Below the pieces are notes generated by a model, which was given only the letters and a program-made list of their open reading frames with translations, was not told the origin of the DNA and searched no databases. Source: Terriglobia bacterium (GTDB lineage Bacteria; Acidobacteriota; Terriglobia; 20CM-2-55-15). Taken from it: a stretch of DNA of 64,000 nucleotides. Shown here one piece after another: positions 49,786 to 60,520 of the stretch. Position numbers and translations under genes: made by a program. How positions within the stretch are numbered: the first letter of the stretch is position 1; each line of letters begins with the position of its first letter. The DNA lies in the NCBI GenBank assembly GCA_963664115.2, contig CAXWPJ010000004.1:32001-96000 (forward strand), given 5' to 3'.

Positions 49786-50244
49786 ATGAAGGGCAAACCG
49801 AAAAGCACGGTTATTCAGAGGGTTCACGGCAAATGCGCCACGCACACCCGAACCGAGATATCCGTCCGGGACGTCGGCTCCGTCATCGATGAGCCGCCGG
49901 AACGCGGGGGAGGCAACACGGGACCCACTCCGACTGAAACCCTGCTGTCGGCTCTCATCGCGTGCACCAACGTCATCAGCAACAAGTGTGCAAAAAATCT
50001 GGGGATTCAATACGAGACCGTGTCGATCGATGCCGAAGCGACGTTCGACAGACGTGGAACCCAACTCCTCGAAGAGATAGAAGTGCCGTACCCGAAAATT
50101 CAGCTAACTATCAACGTGAAGACGCCCGCATCCGATGAGGAAATGGAGCAACTCAAATCAGATCTCCAGCGGTTCTGCCCGATTGCAAAGATCATCAGAA
50201 ATGCGGGCACTGAAATCGAGGAAATCTGGAACGTTGAAAAGTAA
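49786..50244 (+). CDS. OsmC/Ohr-like protein
   Basis: IDEPPERGGGNTGPTPTETLLSALIAC...RFCPI (two conserved Cys). Confidence 0.88.
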   Translation: MKGKPKSTVIQRVHGKCATHTRTEISVRDVGSVIDEPPERGGGNTGPTPTETLLSALIACTNVISNKCAKNLGIQYETVSIDAEATFDRRGTQLLEEIEVPYPKIQLTINVKTPASDEEMEQLKSDLQRFCPIAKIIRNAGTEIEEIWNVEK

Positions 50245-50274
50245 AGGGACCACCTGCTTGTATTTCGAAATCTG

Positions 50275-50450
50275 GCTGGCCTCGGCCCTGGGATGATCCG
50301 AACGTACATCCGCAAAGTACCTTCACAACCACGAGGCAGAGGAGGAGAGACAGGAGCAATTCATTCTGGAAGAGCTTCAGCCCTCTTCGTCTGATCGAGG
50401 CCCCCTCGGGGGGCCTTCATCAATCCGAGTTTGGCGGGCGGTATCTGATT
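50275..50450 (+). mobile_element. Degenerate IS200/IS605-like right-end remnant
   Basis: Frameshifted GL..MIRTYIR / KYLHNHEAEEERQEQ resembles a TnpA C-terminus; followed by hairpin AGGCCCCC-TCGG-GGGGGCCT and ...GGCGGGCGGTATCTGATT. Confidence 0.4.
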
Positions 50451-50642
50451 GAATGTTCTGTTGTCCATTACACCGATGGCTAAAACCTTAAACGGGATCG
50501 TGCCGGTTCCGGATGGCTATGCCGTGCAAGATCCAAGGCCAGATACCGGATTCAGACAGAACTCCGTCTTATACACAAGCCTGGACCACATAAATTGGGA
50601 TTCGATCATCCATTTCAATCCAGGCCATCGGGTTAAGCTCGA

Positions 50643-51533
50643 TCATGATCCGATCCCGGCCATATCCTCCAATTCAGTTAGATAGGCAAAAAAGTCGAGA
50701 TCTCCTTTTCCCTTGGCCTTCATACTTTCATAGCCCTGTTTAACCATAGAGGTCATCGGCATGGGCGCATTGTTTTCACTAGCGGTGTCCAGGGCAATAT
50801 CAAAATCTTTGGCCATTTGCGCTGCCGTGAATGCCGGAGCGAAATTCCTATCCTTTAACGCCTGGGCTTTATAAGCAACCAGCGGTGACGCGACCACACT
50901 GTTACCCACAATTTCGATCATCTGCTCCCAGTCCATGCCGCCTTTCTTGCCGAACGTGAGGGCTTCTCCTACCATGGCCGAAGTCATGCCCACCATCATG
51001 TTCAAGACGAGCTTCAAAACCCTGGCTTCTTCAGCAGCGCCTACATGGAAGGATTTCTGCCCCATCGATCCAAAAATATCGACACACGCGTCATACGCAT
51101 CCTTGGGACCGGATGCAAAAATTGTCAAGGTCCCGGCTGTTGCTAAGGCCGTACTTCCCGACACAGGCGCACGCAAGTACTGCAGTCCCGCTTTTTCGGC
51201 ACCCTCGGCAACGCGAGCTGAAGCCACCGGCGAAACGGTGCTCATATCGATGAAAATGGTCCCCTTCCTCGCTGCTTCAAATGCACCGCCTGCCCCGATA
51301 GAAACAGCTTCCAGGACGGGATCGTCAGAAATCATGGAAATAATTACGTCAGATTCCGCAACCACGTCCTTTATGGAATCCGCAACTTGAGCGCCGGCCT
51401 CGGCTAAGGCCGCTGTTTTACCTGCCGTCCGATTCCAAACGGTCACCGGGTATCCTGCCTTGATCAAATTCTTGGACATGGGATCACCCATCTTTCCCAA
51501 GCCTATCCAACCGATTTTCTGTTTGTTCGCCAT
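50643..51533 (-). CDS. NAD(P)-dependent beta-hydroxyacid dehydrogenase (3-hydroxyisobutyrate dehydrogenase family)
   Basis: IGWIGLGKMG, IDMSTVSP, APVSGS, LKLVLN, MAKDF. Confidence 0.9.
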   Translation of the reverse strand: MANKQKIGWIGLGKMGDPMSKNLIKAGYPVTVWNRTAGKTAALAEAGAQVADSIKDVVAESDVIISMISDDPVLEAVSIGAGGAFEAARKGTIFIDMSTVSPVASARVAEGAEKAGLQYLRAPVSGSTALATAGTLTIFASGPKDAYDACVDIFGSMGQKSFHVGAAEEARVLKLVLNMMVGMTSAMVGEALTFGKKGGMDWEQMIEIVGNSVVASPLVAYKAQALKDRNFAPAFTAAQMAKDFDIALDTASENNAPMPMTSMVKQGYESMKAKGKGDLDFFAYLTELEDMAGIGS

Positions 51534-51725
51534 TTTTCTCCTACCTTTCCTCTAGCCGTGAGTTGAATAATCGGAACCAAAACATTTCAATAATTCAATT
51601 ATTGGACACAACGCTATTGCCCTAACCGAGGGCAACATGTGGACGAGAGTACATCATACTATCAGCAAATTTACTTACTCTATCTATCGAGAAAGCAAAA
51701 TCGCACGCTTCGAAGTAGGTCTGTT

Positions 51726-52088
51726 CTAGGACGGTGCCAGCATGGCAAGAGACGCTCCCAGCAGAGCGATGTTCTTGATGAAATTAAGCATATCGATTTC
51801 TCTGTTGACTCCTGCTTCCAGTGTCCAGAAATTGTGTACTTTAATTGTCGCGGGAATCAGGAACACCCAGACACACAAGACTCCGAACCCGATCCAGAAA
51901 TTGATCATGATCAAGAATCCACCCAACGTAATGATGGCTGTCGATATGATCACGCTTGCTTTGGGAAAGGGGATACCTTTGGTCTCGGCAAGATGGATTT
52001 TCTTCTCCAGTTTGAGATAGTTGTTCAATCCAAGAATCACCAGAACTCCACCATATAAAACGCGGCCGATGTCTACTAAGACTTCCAT
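51726..52088 (-). CDS. DoxX family membrane protein
   Basis: IGRVLYGG, HNFW, NFIKNIALLGASL. Confidence 0.85.
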   Translation of the reverse strand: MEVLVDIGRVLYGGVLVILGLNNYLKLEKKIHLAETKGIPFPKASVIISTAIITLGGFLIMINFWIGFGVLCVWVFLIPATIKVHNFWTLEAGVNREIDMLNFIKNIALLGASLAMLAPS

Positions 52089-52111
52089 GTTTTCTCACTT
52101 TTTCGATCTAG

Positions 52112-53960
52112 TCCCAAAACAAGCGCATAACCAGTCCGCCGAGGCCCAGTTCGCGCCGATAGAATTCGAGGCATAGAATCCCGTTCCCGGATGGCCTGTT
52201 CCAGGTATCGAGTTTCTGTTGAATCTGTTTCAGTTCAGCCTCGCTGGTGTTGGACGGTTGACAGAAACCGGGCCCTCGATCGCCCGGGCTCAGAGTCATG
52301 ATCGGGTCAACATCGCAGAGGCTGACGCAACACATCCACCCCGCGGAACAAGACCGGCAACCACCGGTTCCAGGCCAGGATCCGGAACAGAATGCGCCGC
52401 CCGGTGCGCACGAGTTGGCACGGCACAAGCATGAAAGCGTTCAAGAAGGTTTTGAACTCCATGCGCAGCACGGTTTGCTTCTCAGCCTGATATTTTTGGC
52501 CCCAACGTCCGGTTTCGGGAAGCAGCAATGCAAACCACGCTTTCAGTGTCCAGGCCAGTGACGCGATCACCATGTAGGCCCAGTTGCTGGTCTGATCTCC
52601 GACCGGCATCCGCAACGCCTGAACGCCGTTCTTCAACTGCTCAATGAGATTCTCCTGATTGCACCGTTGATTGGCACGCATCACAATCTGGTCGGCCGGA
52701 TCCGAACGGTTGGTAATGTAGAAGAAGTACCGGATGTCGTCAAACAACACCTGCTCTCCTTTGGCCACCGACAGATTCTTCCGCACCACGACGACACGGT
52801 AGTCCCGATCGCAGGCTCCGGGTCGATACCGAAACTCGGCCACATCCTCACCCTGCAAGCGGATATTGTCGAAACCGCGCTGCCGAACGATCTCTTCCTT
52901 CACGTTGTCGGGACGTTGGCGCGGTTCGGTCGCCACGTCGTATTTCGCGGGCCGTTCCAGGCGCTTCCACTGGCGCGGCTCCAGTTCATCGGCCCGGGCC
53001 TTCAGGTTCGCCATCGCGTCAATCCCGAATATGAAACCCACCTGCTGGTCGTCCCATCCGTCCAGATGCCGGGTCTGGCTGAAGTCCGTGTCCCCGCGCA
53101 GCAGGATCTGGCGAAACCCCGCATGCCGGCACAATGCGATGGCTTGGTCGAACCGGACCGCGGCTCCTTCATGCGACGGCCGGTTGCCGCTACGATTGAC
53201 CAGATACAGCGGTTCGGCGGTGTTGGCCAGCGAGATCATCAGCGGGTGATATCCCCACGTCCCGTCGTAGGCCACGTCCATCCCTTGCTTGCATTCCCCC
53301 GTGGTTTCGGCCAGTGTCCCGTCCGCGTCCAACACCGCTTCTTCGAAAAACGCCGCCGGTTGCTGTCGCCAGACTCCGAGCCGGACTTGATTGGTTGCCT
53401 CCATCAGACACTCCACGTCGTCGGCCTCGAATCTCCGGCAGAAGTCTCCCGCCGTCGTCGGATCCGGAATCCGTTGCGCTCCCAGCGCATCCAGATACAC
53501 CGCATCGTTGCGCCGCAGTTCGATGTCTTCCAGGCACGTTCCTCCGCTCAAGGCGTTGTAGGCGATGTTCAGCACGTGATCCGACTCGTGATACGGCAGG
53601 TGCCGCTTCAACACATGCACGCCCTTGTCGATGGCTTCGATCAGCCCGGTCCGCCGCGCCACCAGTTGCATCGTCCCGATACCACCAACCGATGTGCCCC
53701 GCGTCCGCTCTCCCATCTCGTACTGAATGTTGCTCGCCGAAAACATCGGCTCTACCTGATCCGTCCAATGCCGGTCCCCAAGCCGACGTTCGATTCGCCG
53801 CTTGCGGTTCCTCATGTTCTTGCGCGTATAATCGTTCATCTGAAATGCCTCCTTTTCCGAAGAATCTGTTCAAGGTTTTTTTCGCACGGAGAGGGGGCAT
53901 TTCGGGTACTTCCGCTCTTATTGCACTATCATTTCCTCGTCAATCACGCTTGTTCAGGGA
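52112..53960 (-). mobile_element. IS1380-family insertion sequence, copy 2 (inverted)
   Basis: Same length as copy 1 and the same 510-aa protein; CTAG on both sides (52108-52111, 53961-53964). Confidence 0.92.
52307..53839 (-). CDS. IS1380-family DDE transposase
   Basis: Translation appears identical to 8264-9796. Confidence 0.92.
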   Translation of the reverse strand: MNDYTRKNMRNRKRRIERRLGDRHWTDQVEPMFSASNIQYEMGERTRGTSVGGIGTMQLVARRTGLIEAIDKGVHVLKRHLPYHESDHVLNIAYNALSGGTCLEDIELRRNDAVYLDALGAQRIPDPTTAGDFCRRFEADDVECLMEATNQVRLGVWRQQPAAFFEEAVLDADGTLAETTGECKQGMDVAYDGTWGYHPLMISLANTAEPLYLVNRSGNRPSHEGAAVRFDQAIALCRHAGFRQILLRGDTDFSQTRHLDGWDDQQVGFIFGIDAMANLKARADELEPRQWKRLERPAKYDVATEPRQRPDNVKEEIVRQRGFDNIRLQGEDVAEFRYRPGACDRDYRVVVVRKNLSVAKGEQVLFDDIRYFFYITNRSDPADQIVMRANQRCNQENLIEQLKNGVQALRMPVGDQTSNWAYMVIASLAWTLKAWFALLLPETGRWGQKYQAEKQTVLRMEFKTFLNAFMLVPCQLVRTGRRILFRILAWNRWLPVLFRGVDVLRQPLRC

Positions 53961-54217
53961 CTAGTGGCCTGTACCACTGGATTGGAATTCATTTCCGACT
54001 TGAAAATAAACGCCATTTTCTCGAAAGACAATTGCGCAGTCATCGTGCAAATAATAGAACGATTCATTGATACCTCATCCCGCGTCATGTCGAATCGTCC
54101 GTTCGCGTCGATTAAGAATCTCATCTCACAACGTGAAGGGGCCGGCCGGGGCAGTTCTATTGGATCCGGGCGCTTCGGATGACAGGCCGAGTGGCCACGG
54201 CAGGGCTCGAATGGACG

Positions 54218-54340
54218 CGATACGGCCCGCACTATTGCGGGCCGTATCGTTACAGAGACGTATCAAACCCTGGATGTCTCAAACCACAACCCTATTGCGG
54301 GTGGGGGCTAAGACCAGAGACGTTTACACGCCGGGTTTGG
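54218..54340. other. Structured intergenic element with tandem motifs
   Basis: 14-bp hairpin at 54218-54249; CTATTGCGGG at 54232 and 54292; CAGAGACGT at 54253 and 54315. Confidence 0.45.
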
Positions 54341-54374
54341 GTCAGAGGCTCAAGAATACCGTCATCAATCCGAT

Positions 54375-54683
54375 TCAGGCACCTGACTCTTCGCCGGTCA
54401 TGTTGTTCACACGAAGCTTAAAGGGCCTGATGGTAATCGTTTCCCAGATATCTGCGGCCTTAAACGGGTCATTGTTATTGAATTCCTGAACTTCCTCGAT
54501 GTTATTTGCCTCTACAAGAAAGAAGCTTCCGACCATCGTATCCTGGCTACCTTCTTCAACGATAGGACCCGATAACAAGAACTTGATCGGCTTCGTCATC
54601 AGATACGCTTTATGAGCCTCATAGTTCGCAAGACGCTTCTCAACATGGTTCGGTTTGTCGTTGCAATAAACGATATAGTGCAT
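54375..54683 (-). CDS. YciI family protein
   Basis: AHKAYL, LSGP, MVGS, NNDPF. Confidence 0.88.
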   Translation of the reverse strand: MHYIVYCNDKPNHVEKRLANYEAHKAYLMTKPIKFLLSGPIVEEGSQDTMVGSFFLVEANNIEEVQEFNNNDPFKAADIWETITIRPFKLRVNNMTGEESGA

Positions 54684-54798
54684 TTTTTCTGCTCCTTGAG
54701 ATTGAACATTGCAGAAACTACTTTCTTCCGCAAATTCAGGTTAATCGGAACCCATACGGGTTATCCGAAGGTCCTTCCGGGTTACCGACAAGCGACGT

Positions 54799-55674
54799 TC
54801 ATTCAATGCCGCTCGATCTGGCTTGATCGCGCGCAATGACCGCCCAATCGAGCTCGCCTTCGCCATGAGCGATTGCACCGATCAACCGGTCGCGATAAAC
54901 GTTGCAGCTCGGTAAGGGAACGTTCGCCGCCTGGCCCGCGGCCAACATTAGATTCGCGTCCTTCAATCCCAGCACGGTCGTAAAGCCGACTTGATCGTAA
55001 GACTCGTTTGCGATGATACTGCCGTACACCTTATAAGCCGGTGCTGCGAATAAGCCATCGGTCAGCACCTCGTTGAAAACGGCCGGATCCACGCCGTGCT
55101 TTCGCGTCAATGCAAAGCCCTCGCCCATCGCTTCGATCGCGCAGCCAAGCACCATATTGTTCGCTAACTTGACCGATGCAGCGCCAGCAGGATTCGTGCC
55201 GGCGGCGAATGTCCGCCTGCCGATGGCTTCGTACAACGGCGCGAGCCTGGCGATCGCATCTGCAGGTCCGGCCGGCACCAGGCCGAGCTGGCCCGCGGCG
55301 GCGGCATCGGGACGGCCAAGCACCGGTGTGGCCACCAATACTTGTCCGGCCTGTTCGTGGGCCTCATCGAGCGCCGTCATTGCGGTCACACCGTGCGTGC
55401 CCATGGGCACGTGTATGGCGCCTTTCGGCAGCGAGTCGAGGATGCCGCTGTGGGCAACTTCATCGAGTGCGGCATCGTCGGCCAGCATCGTGATAACGAC
55501 TTCCATGCCGGTGCAGGCATCCGCTATGGAGTTGGCAACCGTAGCGCCGCTCTTTTCGAGTTCGTCCGCCTTCGAGCGCGTGCGGTTGTAAACAGTCAAG
55601 TCGTGACCGCCATTCAATACACGGCCGGCAATCGCTGTACCCATGCGGCCCAAGCCAATGAATCCTACCTTCAT
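54799..55674 (-). CDS. NAD(P)-dependent beta-hydroxyacid dehydrogenase family protein
   Basis: VGFIGLGRMG, YNRT, PVLGRP, VKLANN, LKDANL. Confidence 0.9.
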   Translation of the reverse strand: MKVGFIGLGRMGTAIAGRVLNGGHDLTVYNRTRSKADELEKSGATVANSIADACTGMEVVITMLADDAALDEVAHSGILDSLPKGAIHVPMGTHGVTAMTALDEAHEQAGQVLVATPVLGRPDAAAAGQLGLVPAGPADAIARLAPLYEAIGRRTFAAGTNPAGAASVKLANNMVLGCAIEAMGEGFALTRKHGVDPAVFNEVLTDGLFAAPAYKVYGSIIANESYDQVGFTTVLGLKDANLMLAAGQAANVPLPSCNVYRDRLIGAIAHGEGELDWAVIARDQARSSGIE

Positions 55675-55967
55675 GATGTCCCTCTCGTGATGATCTCAAA
55701 TTAGATTGTCTAGCTCGACAACTGTCGTTCGTGCATACAATCGATCTAGAGCACAATGTATTCGTTGATATCGCCCGTGTTCAGGTTCCTCGAGCAATGA
55801 TGCCGGGTGAACGTGTCACTTTTCACTGCGGAGACACCCAGACACCGCCCCTCCACATGAGGTGTTGGCGGTACCCGCTGACGCAGATGGCAAACAACAT
55901 ACCGCAGATAAAAAATCAGAAATGGATTACGCGATCGTCTGGCAATTAAGTATCGCTCGAGCCTTCT

Positions 55968-56072
55968 TTATTTACCCTGACGGAGATAACCGACCAGGGC
56001 GATGGCCCCAAAGATGGCCATAATGGCCACAACACCCGCCATCCACAGTCTCGTTACAACGATTTCTTCCAT
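55968..56072 (-). CDS. 34-aa single-pass membrane microprotein
   Basis: GGAG RBS; MEEIVVTRLWMAGVVAIMAIFGAIALVGYLRQGK*; below the ORF-track cutoff. Confidence 0.6.
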   Translation of the reverse strand: MEEIVVTRLWMAGVVAIMAIFGAIALVGYLRQGK

Positions 56073-56090
56073 CGTCTTCTCCGTGTTCGA

Positions 56091-56207
56091 TTACTGCTCG
56101 TTGATTTGACCGCGATCCCGGCGATCCATCAGATAGGCGATGACCCAGCCTACGGCAAGAATCGCGAGCATTAGAACTATGCTGTCGACAAAGATGCTCC
56201 AGAACAT
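56091..56207 (-). CDS. 38-aa single-pass membrane microprotein
   Basis: AGGAG RBS; MFWSIFVDSIVLMLAILAVGWVIAYLMDRRDRGQINEQ*; below the ORF-track cutoff. Confidence 0.6.
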   Translation of the reverse strand: MFWSIFVDSIVLMLAILAVGWVIAYLMDRRDRGQINEQ

Positions 56208-56476
56208 TGATGATTACTCCTGGCGTCCTGAGTTTGTCCGCCTCGCCTGCGATCCGGCGCTCTTACCCGGGCATTCGGCCGGCGACGCGACGCTCTATCG
56301 GAATTCTATATGTCGGTCTCCCGTTTCTTCCCTCCGCATCACACCAAACTCTCTTTATGCTGCGGGGCTCTGACCGTTCCAAACGGCTTTGGCTGTCTCC
56401 CTGTCGTTTGATCACCCACTCCGCTTAACCTTCTGTCCCGTTCTGCCACTGATCAACGTTCAGCCAGGTGTCTCAC

Positions 56477-57961
56477 CTAGGTTGACACAGAGGGTGAGCT
56501 GCCGAACCGGGATCGATATTCCTCCGACTTGAAATAGCCCGGTTGGCCCCGGGTGACGAGGTTTCCGACGATACCAAGAGCGAAAGTCACTGCGAGTGTG
56601 ACGTAGGCGTTGGGGACGTTAGCCATGTTCAACATTTGCGGCAAGGCAGTGAAAGACCATGCTGAATTCGCCGCCCAAGCAAGCAGTAGCGTCCATACGG
56701 CAATCGCGCTGTTGCGCTTCCAGAACAGGCCGAATACGACCACCCAAAACACGGGCACCAGCCACGAGAACAGCCAGTTTATGGCGGCCAGAATTGGTGG
56801 AAGGAACGCAGCTACGCTCACGGCGATGACAGCCAGGACGACGATGGTGATGCGTATCACCCGCGCCATCTCATTCTCGCTGGCCTGAGGCCGGAAGAGA
56901 TTCTTATAGATATCGACACCGAAGATGGTCGCGGGCGCGAGGCTGGTCATGGCAAAAGTGGAGAGTATTGCCGCCAGAAATGACGCCAGGAGCAGCGCAG
57001 CCAACCACTGCGGCAGATAGTTCACCAGCATCGCAGTCGCCGCCACTTTCGGACCCAACTCCGCGAACTCCGGGACGGTCTTGGCAGTCAGCCCGATGAC
57101 CACAGCGAAAATACCGAAGATGCCGTTCACGGGAGCAGCGATCCACAGGGCTTTGCGAATCGTCCGCTCACTCTCTGCCGCCATGCACGGCTGCATCAAC
57201 ATCTGGCTGATGCCCTGACTGAACACGACCGCAATCGTGGTACCCAGCGCAAAACTGAAAAAGATCTCGGGCGTGCCGTAAATGCTGAGCATGAATTCGT
57301 TGCCGGAGGAGTTGTAAAAATTCGCAACAGAGTCATAGTTGCCGCCGGGCAGCCTGAACGCCAGAAAGATGGTTGCCAGTATCAATCCCACGTACATCAC
57401 TATGGCATTGACCAGGTTCAGCCAGCCCACTTCCCTCATCCCGGCAAATACGACATAGAAGATACCGAGAATTGCCCCGACGACTGCGCCGTTACGGATG
57501 CTCCAACCAGTCATGGATGCGATGATGATGCCTATTCCCTGAGTCTCAAGCGTAAGGATGCCGAAGACGACGCCGGCCATCGTGCACGAGACCAGAAGCC
57601 GCGTTCCCCGCCCGTAAAGAAGTTCGAGGATCTCGGGTAAGGTCGTCAGTCCCAGTCGCCGTACCCACAGACCCGTCGACAGACACACCATCACCAGTAA
57701 GATGACGTGGGCAATGCTGAACCAGATGGCAACCGCACCCAGAGTCCAGGCCAGTTCGAAGATGCCCAGTATGTGGGCCGTACCGAGAACGGTAAGCGCT
57801 AATGTGATTGCGACCACGGGGACGGGCAAGCCGCGCCCGGCGAGGGCGAAATCGCCATCCTGACGGGTTTGCGATGCGCTCCGCTTCGCTAGCCAGAGAC
57901 CGATCCCCAGGATGATGGCCACCTCATAGACCAGGACGGCAATTAGGATTCCTGCGTTCAC
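56477..57961 (-). CDS. Sodium:solute symporter (SSS) family transporter
   Basis: DFALAGRGL, TTLPEILELLYG, FLAAILST, many hydrophobic segments. Confidence 0.9.
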   Translation of the reverse strand: MNAGILIAVLVYEVAIILGIGLWLAKRSASQTRQDGDFALAGRGLPVPVVAITLALTVLGTAHILGIFELAWTLGAVAIWFSIAHVILLVMVCLSTGLWVRRLGLTTLPEILELLYGRGTRLLVSCTMAGVVFGILTLETQGIGIIIASMTGWSIRNGAVVGAILGIFYVVFAGMREVGWLNLVNAIVMYVGLILATIFLAFRLPGGNYDSVANFYNSSGNEFMLSIYGTPEIFFSFALGTTIAVVFSQGISQMLMQPCMAAESERTIRKALWIAAPVNGIFGIFAVVIGLTAKTVPEFAELGPKVAATAMLVNYLPQWLAALLLASFLAAILSTFAMTSLAPATIFGVDIYKNLFRPQASENEMARVIRITIVVLAVIAVSVAAFLPPILAAINWLFSWLVPVFWVVVFGLFWKRNSAIAVWTLLLAWAANSAWSFTALPQMLNMANVPNAYVTLAVTFALGIVGNLVTRGQPGYFKSEEYRSRFGSSPSVST

Positions 57962-58223
57962 GCTTTCATCTCCAATTCCCCTATGAAGGCATAGACAGTC
58001 CTATGAATGGGCGGCTCAACAATCTGCCCAGAATCTCATGGAGTGTACCGCAATTCGGGTTACTCTGTACGCTATGTTGGGCTTCGATTTATCACCTCTG
58101 GACCTAACACGCAATGGGCGTTCGATAGCGCGGCAAACGGGTGGAACAATCAATATTTGCGAAATCACCTTCGCGCTCCGGCATCGTTGATATTCAGACC
58201 GATCGTCATTTACGGATAAAACC

Positions 58224-59420
<1,197 letters not shown>

Positions 59421-59479
59421 GAGTCCGGGCGGACTTTCGCTGAACGGACGGGAAAAACCCCTGTCGGGAGATACCTCAA

Positions 59480-60505
59480 ATGATCAACGCGGCAATTGTG
59501 GGCCTCGGTTGGTGGGGCAAGACACTGGTAGAGTCGGTCCAGGGTAAGAGCGATACGATCCGCTTCACCGCGGGTGCAACACGCACGGTGTCACCCGAAG
59601 TGGAGGCGTTTGCAAAGGATCAGGAATTCCAACTCGCTGATAGCCTGGATACACTCCTGACAGATTCGAATCTTGATGCCATCGTGCTGGCCACGCCACA
59701 TTCCGTCCACGCCTCGCAGGTGATCGCCGCGGCTGGGGCGGGAAAACACGTTTTCTGTGAGAAGCCCTTCGCACTCACCCGGGACGACGCCGCATCCGCT
59801 GTCGCTGCTGTTGAGAAAGCCGGTGTCACTTTGGGCCTCGGATACAACCGCCGTTTCCATCCTGAGATGATCAAACTCCGGGAACGCATCCGTAGCGGTG
59901 AACTGGGAACCGTCATGCACGTTGAGGCCACAATGACCTTTTCCAATGCCCTGTTGCTCAAACCCAGTCAGTGGCGCGCCCAACGGAATGAAACACCCTG
60001 CGGTGGACTCACACCGATGGGCGTGCACGCGATCGACGGGATGATCGATCTATGTGGCCCGATCGAGAGCGTCTTTTGCCAGAGCTTCAGGCGCGTGGTC
60101 GAAATTGACAGCGACGACACGACGTCGATTTTGTTCCGCATGGCAGATGGGATGTCGGGTTATCTGGGAACCGTGACAGCTACGGGCCCTGGATTTAGTT
60201 TTCAGGTCTTCGGTTCGAAAGGGTGGGTCCGATTGGAAGGGATGACGCACGTGGCGGGCGCGTCGTCGGAAGAAAGGCGCACGCGATTATTCGGAACGTG
60301 CAAGTTCCAACCGGCCAAGGGCGCACCGGAAGTGTGGGAGGCCGAAGCTCTTGACGTCACGCGGGCCGCCCTGGAATCATTTGCCGAAGCTGCCGGCAAC
60401 GGGTCGGAGTTCGCGATCCCCGTAGATCAAATGATTCACGGAGCGGCCGTCACAGAAGCGGTCGTACGCTCAGCTTCCTCGGGACAAATTGAGAAAGTCA
60501 CCTGA
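59480..60505 (+). CDS. Gfo/Idh/MocA family oxidoreductase
   Basis: VGLGWWG, ATPHSVH, GKHVFCEKP, GYNRRFHP, GVHAID. Confidence 0.92.
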   Translation: MINAAIVGLGWWGKTLVESVQGKSDTIRFTAGATRTVSPEVEAFAKDQEFQLADSLDTLLTDSNLDAIVLATPHSVHASQVIAAAGAGKHVFCEKPFALTRDDAASAVAAVEKAGVTLGLGYNRRFHPEMIKLRERIRSGELGTVMHVEATMTFSNALLLKPSQWRAQRNETPCGGLTPMGVHAIDGMIDLCGPIESVFCQSFRRVVEIDSDDTTSILFRMADGMSGYLGTVTATGPGFSFQVFGSKGWVRLEGMTHVAGASSEERRTRLFGTCKFQPAKGAPEVWEAEALDVTRAALESFAEAAGNGSEFAIPVDQMIHGAAVTEAVVRSASSGQIEKVT

Positions 60506-60520
60506 ACAGGAGAAGGGACC

